The notes under the pieces are model-generated. The model saw only the letters and a list, made by a program, of their open reading frames with translations. It ran no database searches and had not been told where the DNA came from. From positions 1 to 39,375 of the forward strand of contig JAZUCP010000220.1 of assembly GCA_045639165.1 (NCBI GenBank): a stretch of DNA of 39,375 nucleotides, given 5' to 3'. This document shows positions 32,845 to 39,375 of this stretch, piece after piece. The translations under genes and the position numbers were made by a program. The stretch is from Acetatifactor sp. (lineage in GTDB: Bacteria; Bacillota; Clostridia; Lachnospirales; Lachnospiraceae). Within the stretch, counting starts at the first letter, position 1, and every line of letters starts with the position of its first letter.

Positions 32845-33558
32845 ATTATTATTTATTACAAAACTAAGTTTTCGGTCTGTCCATAGGCTATCTACAAAGT
32901 ATACCTCTATTTCATCCCAATTTTCTGGAACTTCAAGAGCAAGAGTGCCCTTCATTTTCTTTCCTGGTACTATTGTTCCATCTAGCCCCTGAGCATCTTT
33001 GTTTAAAGAAAGGGCCATCAATGCATTTCCGCTGTATTCAAGCAAATAATCATCGCAATATGTTTCAAAGCTTAGCATGCTACTTATTGTTTTATCTGCG
33101 TCAGAGTTATTTGAAATTTCAAATTCAATAAATACGAATGTATTTCCTTCATTTGGTTTTGTCCATTCGTTTCCAGAATTCTCCGAATAATTTGTCAGGA
33201 CAATTTCCATGTCTCCATAGTCTATAAGCTCTCCCATATTAAAAGATGTGCGTTCTTCTGTCGGATTACCTTCATCGTTTTGGCTTTCATTTACATTGTT
33301 TGATCCTTCTATATCAGCTACTTTTTGAGGATCATCACTGCCAGAGAAAAGAATCCCAACCAAAAGAAATAAAGCAATTAAGATGCCAACGGCAATAATA
33401 ACTGATATCAAGCATCCATGACTTTTCTTTTTGACTGGTTTTGCCATTTCATACTCTAAATCTTCTAAAAAATATTTTTTCTTGCACACATCACAAAGCA
33501 TGTAGTCTTCTGATTTTTTACTGTTTCTCAGTTGGTTTCCGCATTTTGGACAATTCAT
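32842..33558 (-). CDS. Membrane-anchored DUF4352-like protein with N-terminal zinc ribbon (superinfection-exclusion candidate)
   Basis: CPKC..CDVC, TM helix, acidic Ig-like domain with PG.K..G...EVP; located in the immunity operon. Confidence 0.7.
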   Translation of the reverse strand: MNCPKCGNQLRNSKKSEDYMLCDVCKKKYFLEDLEYEMAKPVKKKSHGCLISVIIAVGILIALFLLVGILFSGSDDPQKVADIEGSNNVNESQNDEGNPTEERTSFNMGELIDYGDMEIVLTNYSENSGNEWTKPNEGNTFVFIEFEISNNSDADKTISSMLSFETYCDDYLLEYSGNALMALSLNKDAQGLDGTIVPGKKMKGTLALEVPENWDEIEVYFVDSLWTDRKLSFVINNN

Positions 33559-33571
33559 ATTTTTCCTCCTT

Positions 33572-34366
33572 TTATCTATCTCCCCAAGACCCGTCAGGGC
33601 TTAAGAATCCAATTACATACCCGCATTTATCATCTATTTCCTCGCGAGTAAATAGCATCTGACGGCTGTCTATTACAGACATATACTTAATAACTTCTTT
33701 TCCGCCCGGATGCTCTATACGTTTTATGCAGATATAAAGATTTCCACCGTATCTTACAACGCATCGCTCCCCGTTATGGGCTTCACGGTCTGCTCCAAGT
33801 AGTATAATCTCATCTCGCATGTAGTGCGGTTCGTAGTGATCGCATGGGATCCTGATGCCCACACATGCATTTGCTCTTATTGCAGCAGGCAGGTGGGTTA
33901 TATCCAAAGGCTCAGAAGCAATGGTTGTCCGTAGGGCCCCGTGTTGGCATTCTGGGAGCAATACTGATATGCGCTTAACTTTGTCCGGGGTGCCTCCGTG
34001 CAGGTTGTACTGATGCCTTACAAAAGCTCTGATGACATATCTGTTGTGTTGCTCAAGCTCCCGCGACATAGATATACATTCCTGTATTTCCGGTTCGATG
34101 GTCCCTGCGCCAACGAGCTCATCTACGCTCACACCTAAGGCCCTGGAAATCTTGATTGCCGTAGATAGTTTGCAGTCTGTAGCATCCCCGTATAGAAATG
34201 CGCTCAGTGTGGAAAATGGTATATCTGCCATTTCCGCGATCTCCCTGATCGTGTAAACCTTGTTTGCAATAAACAGGTTAATATTGTAACGGAATGCACC
34301 TATCCAATCATCACGATTAACCACAAATTTAAACGTTATTTTTTTTGTTTTGTTACTTTTTGTCAT
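33572..34366 (-). CDS. XRE-HTH regulator with degenerate S24-like C-terminal domain
   Basis: GGAGG SD before ATG 34366; TIREIAEMADIPFSTL...ALGVSVDEL; C-terminal IRIPCDHYEP...NG..VV....IKR. Confidence 0.75.
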   Translation of the reverse strand: MTKSNKTKKITFKFVVNRDDWIGAFRYNINLFIANKVYTIREIAEMADIPFSTLSAFLYGDATDCKLSTAIKISRALGVSVDELVGAGTIEPEIQECISMSRELEQHNRYVIRAFVRHQYNLHGGTPDKVKRISVLLPECQHGALRTTIASEPLDITHLPAAIRANACVGIRIPCDHYEPHYMRDEIILLGADREAHNGERCVVRYGGNLYICIKRIEHPGGKEVIKYMSVIDSRQMLFTREEIDDKCGYVIGFLSPDGSWGDR

Positions 34367-34565
34367 GTTTCCTCCATATATCACTTGTAGTAATATAAGG
34401 ATGTCCATTGCAGGACATCACCTTGGGGGCGCGAGAGGTTTGCGAGGCCGTAGCGTCCCCTAAAAATCAAAGGAGCCTGTTATGAAATTAACAAGTATCG
34501 CCTCCATAAAGATTAAGTTTAGACCGCAATCAGCTAGAAGTGTCGTGTCAAACGAACATTACCTA

Positions 34566-34623
34566 TTGCATTCTGATGCCGTTGGTGTTAGAATGCGATT
34601 AAGGAATTTCGAACGTGTGTTTG
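34566..34623 (+). promoter_or_regulatory. sigmaA promoter followed by Gram-positive LexA (SOS) box
   Basis: TTGCAT-17-TAGAAT (34566-34594); CGAACGTGTGTTTG (34610-34623) fits GAAC-N4-GTTY. Confidence 0.7.
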
Positions 34624-34645
34624 CCATTTGATTGGAGGTCTTGCC

Positions 34646-34756
34646 GTGGATGAGTATAATGATATTTTGATTATGTTGGAAATGATCAAAAATAATAGTA
34701 AAGCCATTTCCTACATAAAAAGCTTTTTACAAGCATTTGTTGCACGATATTGTTAA
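34646..34756 (+). CDS. 36-aa SOS-regulated protein, candidate antirepressor (not in ORF track)
   Basis: GGAGG SD, GTG start, MDEYNDILIMLEMIKNNSKAISYIKSFLQAFVARYC; stop overlaps the CI stop. Confidence 0.6.
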   Translation: MDEYNDILIMLEMIKNNSKAISYIKSFLQAFVARYC

Positions 34757-35064
34757 TCGGAAAGAGCAAAGGAACGCATCATATTAAGGATTGCTGACTT
34801 TTGCTCTTCATTTAATTTTGAATACAATTCTATTAGTTCTAAATGCTCCGGTTCAAATCCGGGTATTTCTGGTTTCTCTCCAGTCATTAAATATTCTACT
34901 GTGGTTCCCAGTGCTTTAGCAATCAGTATTAGTTTATCTGTTTTGGGAACGCTTTTCCCTTTTTTCCATTCACTAAAAACTGTTGAAGATATTCCTGTCA
35001 TCCTTGTTATATCTGCAGCCGTCAAATTTTTGGATTTTAAAAGATCATCAAATAACGCATACAT
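34753..35064 (-). CDS. CI-like XRE repressor (no peptidase domain)
   Basis: HTH ADITRMTGISSTVFSEWKKG..P...L..IA..LG..VEYL; divergent from cro. Confidence 0.85.
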   Translation of the reverse strand: MYALFDDLLKSKNLTAADITRMTGISSTVFSEWKKGKSVPKTDKLILIAKALGTTVEYLMTGEKPEIPGFEPEHLELIELYSKLNEEQKSAILNMMRSFALSD

Positions 35065-35083
35065 AATATACATCTCCATTGAT

Positions 35084-35240
35084 CTCGAAAATCCTAAAAA
35101 AGGGCTTGACAAACTAGAATATCCTAGATATAATAAGTATATGACTTAGGAAATTCGAGATTTTAAATAATAAGTTTCTGAACAATTCTTATTATAGCGG
35201 ATTTCCTAGGTAATTACAAGTAAAACTTAGAATTTTCGTA
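35084..35240. promoter_or_regulatory. Lysis/lysogeny switch: face-to-face promoters and operators
   Basis: Rightward TTGACA-17-TATAAT (35106-35134); leftward TTGTAA-17-TATAAT (35219-35191); about five related GAAnnTCCTA-type sites. Confidence 0.8.
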
Positions 35241-35255
35241 TGGAGGTGATGAATA

Positions 35256-35468
35256 TTGAAGAAAGATGAGCGTATTGCCAGCTTTCAGAAGCTGGAGATG
35301 CTGGTAAAAGAGAGAAAAACCACATTTTACGCAGTTGCAAAAGAATTGGGCTTGGCCAAAAGTTTGTTTTCAGACTGGAAAAGCGGAAAGTCGATGCCGA
35401 AGACAGACAAGCTGTTACTTATTGCAGAGCATTTTGGTGTTCCGATTCAGTATTTACTGGATGTTTGA
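35256..35468 (+). CDS. Cro-like XRE regulator
   Basis: GGAGGTG SD, TTG start, HTH; first gene of the rightward early operon. Confidence 0.85.
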   Translation: MKKDERIASFQKLEMLVKERKTTFYAVAKELGLAKSLFSDWKSGKSMPKTDKLLLIAEHFGVPIQYLLDV

Positions 35469-35625
35469 TGGCAACGAAAACAATGCAATGATTTTAATAT
35501 AATGCAGCTCACATTCCTGCACCGGAGTAACCAAAAAAATAACACATAACAAATGCCATGTATTGTATTCTCTCCCTGTTTATAAATATCCGGTGTGGGA
35601 ATGTGGGCTGCAGGAAGGGAAGAAT

Positions 35626-35877
35626 ATGCCAAAACTGAAACCATCTGACAGAGAAATAAAGAGCAGAGAAAGAAGGGCCATTCTTGCTGCTGGGCAGGAA
35701 AGAGAAGCGGTAAGCGATGAAGTTGTTGCAAAAAGCATGGGTGTTGTGCTCCGGACATATCAGAGAAGAAAAATGACACCTGGGGAGTTATCCCTTGATG
35801 AGGTTTGTGGAATCATAAAGCGGTTGCACTTAACGGATCAGGAGGTGCTTGTGCTTGTAAAAGGATCCAGATGTTAA
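35626..35877 (+). CDS. Hypothetical DNA-binding protein (HTH-like)
   Basis: GGAAGG SD; VAKSMGV..RTY..R...PG..SL.E. Confidence 0.65.
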   Translation: MPKLKPSDREIKSRERRAILAAGQEREAVSDEVVAKSMGVVLRTYQRRKMTPGELSLDEVCGIIKRLHLTDQEVLVLVKGSRC

Positions 35878-35892
35878 AAGAAAGGAGGAAAG

Positions 35893-36057
35893 ATGATGAG
35901 AAGAGCAATTATTGCAGTTTTGTTTCTTGTAGGATTATTCCTTATGAGTTGTGACAATATCATTATAGTTCTCTTGGGTTTGGCCTGTATGGTTCCCGGA
36001 ATGATCGCAAGCAACATTTCTACAAAAAAAACGCGCCCACATGCTTGGCGGCATTAA
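35893..36057 (+). CDS. Small two-TM membrane protein (54 aa; not in ORF track)
   Basis: AAAGGAGG SD; MMRRAIIAVLFLVGLFLMSCDNIIIVLLGLACMVPGM. Confidence 0.65.
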   Translation: MMRRAIIAVLFLVGLFLMSCDNIIIVLLGLACMVPGMIASNISTKKTRPHAWRH

Positions 36058-36118
36058 TAAGGGCGCGCATTCCAAAAAATCCATTTATATAATAACAGGA
36101 AATAGGGAGAAAAGCAAT

Positions 36119-36400
36119 ATGAAGAGACGAAAAAGACAAATTGAAAAAGCAAAAAAGAATCGTAAGATAGTGCAGAGAGCCCTGGCACATCGTATTCTGG
36201 AGCTGGTCATGGACAGGAACGAAACTGGCAGAACCACTTTTTTTGAATTCGCAGGCCATACAAATGGTGTTGAAATAAGGTTGTATGAAGGTGACTGGAA
36301 AAGTGATCCGGAAGCGGATTATAACTATATGATTGCATATTTAGATGACGATGTTGGAAGTACACTTCGCGAACTGGAGGCGGCATTATGTGGGAAGTAG
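36119..36400 (+). CDS. Hypothetical protein
   Basis: AGGGAG SD; 93 aa. Confidence 0.6.
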   Translation: MKRRKRQIEKAKKNRKIVQRALAHRILELVMDRNETGRTTFFEFAGHTNGVEIRLYEGDWKSDPEADYNYMIAYLDDDVGSTLRELEAALCGK

Positions 36401-36510
36401 AAAACAGAATGATTGTTGATTCTGAGTGGGGAGAAACAGAATACGGTGTAAAGTCTGATCGTGATCCCTACTGGGACGATATGCCGGATGAATGTTATGA
36501 GGAGGACTGA
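36388..36510 (+). CDS. Very acidic 40-aa protein (not in ORF track)
   Basis: GGAGG SD; MWEVENRMIVDSEWGETEYGVKSDRDPYWDDMPDECYEED. Confidence 0.6.
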   Translation: MWEVENRMIVDSEWGETEYGVKSDRDPYWDDMPDECYEED

Positions 36511-36512
36511 GA

Positions 36513-37259
36513 ATGGCGAATGAAGTTGTAAAAAGTTTTTCAGAAACCCTTACGGACAAACTGATTACCGTTGAGAATGCGCTTCCAAAGGATTTCAACA
36601 AAGAGCGGTTTGTTCAGAACTGCCTTGCGGTTTTGAATGAAAAGCCGGAACTTACAAAAATCAATCCAGCAGAGCTGCAGGCAGGACTTTTGAAGGGCGC
36701 ATACCTTGGATTGGATTTCTTCAAAAATGAATGCTACTTGATACCGTATGGAAGCAAGGTGAAATTCCAGACAGATTACAAGGGAGAAACAAAATTTGTA
36801 AAGCGGTATTCCATGCGTCCCATCCACGAGATATATGCCAAGGTTGTTCGGGAAGGTGATTACTTTGAAGAGAAGATCACAGACGGACACCCCAGCATTG
36901 ATTTCAGACCGAAGCCATTCAATAACGGGGAGATTGTTGGAGCCTTTGCCGTTGCACTGTACAAGGATGGCGGAATGGATTATGAGGTGATGACTTCAAG
37001 AGATATCAATGGGGTACGCTCTGTTTACAGTAAATCGAGCAATTCTGGAGCATGGAAAAACTCATGGGATGAAATGGCAAAGAAAACGGTGTTGCGCCGC
37101 CTGTGCAAGCACATAGAAACTGACTTTGAAAGCACAGAAGCAATGAAAGCATGGGTGGATGGATCTGATTCCAATATTGCCACAGTCGAAAGAAGCGGTG
37201 ATGTAGTAGATGCATTTGCTGATGTGGTTGCTGAATCTGAATACAAAGAGGTTGAATAA
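36513..37259 (+). CDS. recT: RecT-family single-strand annealing protein
   Basis: LGLD....ECYLIPYG...FQTDYKG, VVREGD.F, W....DEMAKKTVLRRL.K. Confidence 0.9.
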   Translation: MANEVVKSFSETLTDKLITVENALPKDFNKERFVQNCLAVLNEKPELTKINPAELQAGLLKGAYLGLDFFKNECYLIPYGSKVKFQTDYKGETKFVKRYSMRPIHEIYAKVVREGDYFEEKITDGHPSIDFRPKPFNNGEIVGAFAVALYKDGGMDYEVMTSRDINGVRSVYSKSSNSGAWKNSWDEMAKKTVLRRLCKHIETDFESTEAMKAWVDGSDSNIATVERSGDVVDAFADVVAESEYKEVE

Positions 37260-38066
37260 ATGAGCGATTTTGTTTTGACTGCCGACAACTATTATTCCCG
37301 TGAAGCGGACCTACGGTATATGTCAGCACATCAGTATCTTGATTTTGTAGGTCACATGGGAGTGCATGGATGCGAAGCGCGGGCAATGGCAAAGCTCCTG
37401 GGAAGTTGGACAGAACCAGTTACACAAGCGATGCTTGTCGGATCCTACGTTGATGCATATTTTGAGGGAACACTGGAACATTTCATAGAGGAGCATCCGG
37501 AATGCTTTACAAAAAAAGGGGATCTGAAAGCGGAATATAAAAAAGCCGATAACATGATTGCCAGATGTGAAGCTGATTCCTATTTTATGCAAACCATGAG
37601 CGGAGAAAAGCAGGTCATTATGACTGGTCACCTGTTTGGAGCTGACTGGAAGATAAAGATTGACAGCTATATACCGGGCAAAGCTATTGTGGACCTGAAG
37701 ACTTCAGCGAATATCCACAAAGCATGGAAGGTAGAGGACTATGGCTGGGTTTCTTTTGTAGAGTATTGGGCATATACGATACAGCTGGCGATCTATCAGA
37801 AGATTGTAGAAATAAACACGGGTAAAAAGCTCCCATGCTACATATCTGTGGTTACAAAAGAAGACACTCCAGAGATTAAAGTAATATATGTAGATCAATT
37901 TATTCTGGATCATGCATTGAACGAGGTTGGAGCCAACATGCCCACAGTACTTTCGGTAAAAAATCAAGATGTAGAGCCTGTGAGATGCGAAAAATGCGAT
38001 TATTGCAAATCTACAGAGATTCTTTCCGGACCTGTTAGAATGGAAGATCTGATTATAGGAGAATGA
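37260..38066 (+). CDS. PD-(D/E)XK exonuclease (RecE/DUF3799-like)
   Basis: K.KID, IVDLKT, Y..QLAIY and CEKCDYC motifs; adjacent to recT. Confidence 0.85.
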   Translation: MSDFVLTADNYYSREADLRYMSAHQYLDFVGHMGVHGCEARAMAKLLGSWTEPVTQAMLVGSYVDAYFEGTLEHFIEEHPECFTKKGDLKAEYKKADNMIARCEADSYFMQTMSGEKQVIMTGHLFGADWKIKIDSYIPGKAIVDLKTSANIHKAWKVEDYGWVSFVEYWAYTIQLAIYQKIVEINTGKKLPCYISVVTKEDTPEIKVIYVDQFILDHALNEVGANMPTVLSVKNQDVEPVRCEKCDYCKSTEILSGPVRMEDLIIGE

Positions 38067-38380
38067 AAATGAAAAGCATATTGACGAAATACACAGATTT
38101 CTGCATGTTCTGCGGAAAACCAACCACAACCGAACATCATTTTGTGTTTGGGCATGGAAAAAGAGCAATTGCAGATCGTGATGGTGTGAAAGGACCGGTG
38201 TGCGATGATTGCCACACTATGGGGCCGCTTACAAGCAGAATCCACGATAATCCAATGGCCGAGAAGCTTTCCAAGATGCTTGGACAGATGGCATGGGAGA
38301 AGCATGCAGTTGCCGCTGGAATGTCTGAGGATGCAGCAAGAGAATTGTTTTTAAAACGGTACGGGGTGAGCTACCTATGA
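38063..38380 (+). CDS. HNH-like zinc-binding protein
   Basis: CMFCG...EHH..G...VCDDCH. Confidence 0.7.
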   Translation: MKMKSILTKYTDFCMFCGKPTTTEHHFVFGHGKRAIADRDGVKGPVCDDCHTMGPLTSRIHDNPMAEKLSKMLGQMAWEKHAVAAGMSEDAARELFLKRYGVSYL

Positions 38381-38778
38381 TGTTTTCTATTGTTGGCAGG
38401 CATTGGAAGAATGAAAAAACATTCCCAAGTCTGAACGATTACATAAATGAGCTCGGGAAGAATCCTAAAGCGGGCGGGCGGATGAAAAGCAAGTATGAAA
38501 AGATAGCCTGTGACGCTTTCAGACTTGCATGCAGAGGCCAAAAGATAACAGACAGGGTTACATTTCATTATAAATTTTATGAGCCAGAAACAGGCCAGAA
38601 ACGTGATCACATGAATGTGTTTGCGTTTGCTGACAAGGTGATACAAGACGCACTGCAAAAGTGCGGAGCATTAAAGGATGATTCTCCATACTATGTGGAT
38701 GGGAGCCGGATTACACACGAATTTTTTTATACTTCCGGCACTCCCAAAATTGAGATTGAAATTGAAATAATAAAATAA
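38377..38778 (+). CDS. rusA: RusA-like Holliday junction resolvase
   Basis: PSLN, RD..N....K.IQDAL..G...DD motifs. Confidence 0.75.
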   Translation: MMFSIVGRHWKNEKTFPSLNDYINELGKNPKAGGRMKSKYEKIACDAFRLACRGQKITDRVTFHYKFYEPETGQKRDHMNVFAFADKVIQDALQKCGALKDDSPYYVDGSRITHEFFYTSGTPKIEIEIEIIK

Positions 38779-38790
38779 TCGGAGGTTTTT

Positions 38791-39090
38791 ATGATTAACA
38801 ATTTTATAGGAAAGAAAGTTATTGTACGAGGCGACAGAAGCGGAGTGTTTTTTGGAACATTGGCAGCAAAGGAAGGAAAGGAAGTAAAACTGGAAAAGTG
38901 CCGTAGGATTTGGTATTGGGACGGCGCTGCATCAATATCTCAGCTTGCCACGGATGGAACATCCAATCCAAGCAACTGCAAATTCACCGTGACTGTAGAT
39001 GAAATCATCATCACCGATGCAATTGAAATTATTCTTTGCACTGAAAAAGCAGCAGACAAGATCGAGAAGGTGGCCGAATGGAAAAGATAG
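38791..39090 (+). CDS. Conserved phage protein (DUF6948-like, Sm-like beta fold suspected)
   Basis: IGKKVIVR..RSGVFFG.L...RR.WYW.GAAS.SQLA..G. Confidence 0.75.
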   Translation: MINNFIGKKVIVRGDRSGVFFGTLAAKEGKEVKLEKCRRIWYWDGAASISQLATDGTSNPSNCKFTVTVDEIIITDAIEIILCTEKAADKIEKVAEWKR

Positions 39091-39375
39091 AAAAATGGTT
39101 GTCGGATAATCCGATAAACTCTGGCTATGGCTCTGGCTTTGGCGCTGGCGCTGGCTATGGCGATGGCTCTGGCTCTGGCTCTGGCTCTGGCGCTGGCTAT
39201 GGCTCTGGCGCTGGCTCTGGCTCTGGCTATGGCTATGGCTCTGGCTCTGGCTCTGGCTATGGCTCTGGCTCTGGCGATGGCTCTGGCTATGGCTCTGGCG
39301 CTGGCATAGGATCATTTGATGGTCATAAAGTATATCTGATTGATGGAGTCCAGACAATAATCAAACACGCTCACG
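39078..39375 (+). CDS. 5' part of Gly-X repeat protein (continues at 142-533)
   Basis: ATG 39078; reads (S/Y/A/D/F)-G repeats. Confidence 0.8.
   Translation, partial: MEKIEKWLSDNPINSGYGSGFGAGAGYGDGSGSGSGSGAGYGSGAGSGSGYGYGSGSGSGYGSGSGDGSGYGSGAGIGSFDGHKVYLIDGVQTIIKHAH
39120..39305 (+). repeat. Hexanucleotide tandem repeat (NNT-GGC) x31
   Basis: TCTGGC/GCTGGC/TATGGC/GATGGC units. Confidence 0.95.
39235..39375 (+). repeat. Terminal direct repeat (copy 2)
   Basis: Identical to 1-141. Confidence 0.95.

Larger units (their letters stand above)
1..39375. mobile_element. Complete temperate siphovirus genome (excised/circular form), probable Clostridia/Lachnospiraceae host
   Basis: Full set of replication, packaging, head, tail, lysis, integrase and repressor modules; identical terminal 141 nt; intact attP. 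Confidence 0.95.

Noticed and set aside
34482..34631. 49-codon plus-strand ORF (MKLTSIASIK...) with AAGGAG SD
   Set aside because: Overlaps the SOS promoter and operator and has no recognisable features; cannot be supported, though not excluded
39127..39309. Poly-(Ala-Leu) ORF and antisense poly-(Gln-Ser) ORF 38932-39357
   Set aside because: Alternative frames of the hexamer repeat; the Gly-X frame has a proper start and continues into a globular domain

Overview
The window is an apparently complete, circularly assembled temperate siphovirus genome of about 39.2 kb (bases 1-141 repeat exactly at 39235-39375). A Clostridia/Lachnospiraceae-type Bacillota host is inferred from gene types, strong SD sequences and a Gram-positive SOS box. 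Early/replication region (35256-39375 and 1-7104): cro, recT, a RecE-like exonuclease, rusA, a Gly-X repeat protein, a DUF4373-type initiator and many small accessory genes. Head genes (7200-17515): a fused TerS-TerL terminase, portal, minor capsid, an inserted 8-gene low-complexity module, a tRNA-like element, scaffold, and a major capsid with a probable -1 frameshift extension. These are followed by A118/SPP1-like tail genes (17519-27702), lysis genes (27824-30024), an RHH-regulated accessory island (30064-31387), an intact attP carrying a tRNA-Pro-like 3' end, the integrase and the immunity region (31425-35219). The most interesting signals are: (i) the self-contained 12048-15479 module (protease-like, HTH, Q/N-rich, Gly/Cys-rich coiled-coil, beta-sandwich and RS-rich proteins); (ii) three covarying copies of an RNA structure abutting the SD of the capsid, tail-tube and tape-measure genes; (iii) the capsid frameshift adding a Rho-N/HeH-like domain; (iv) an operator-defined candidate anti-defence regulon; and (v) an SOS-box-controlled 36-aa candidate antirepressor. 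All family assignments come from reading motifs by eye; no searches were run.
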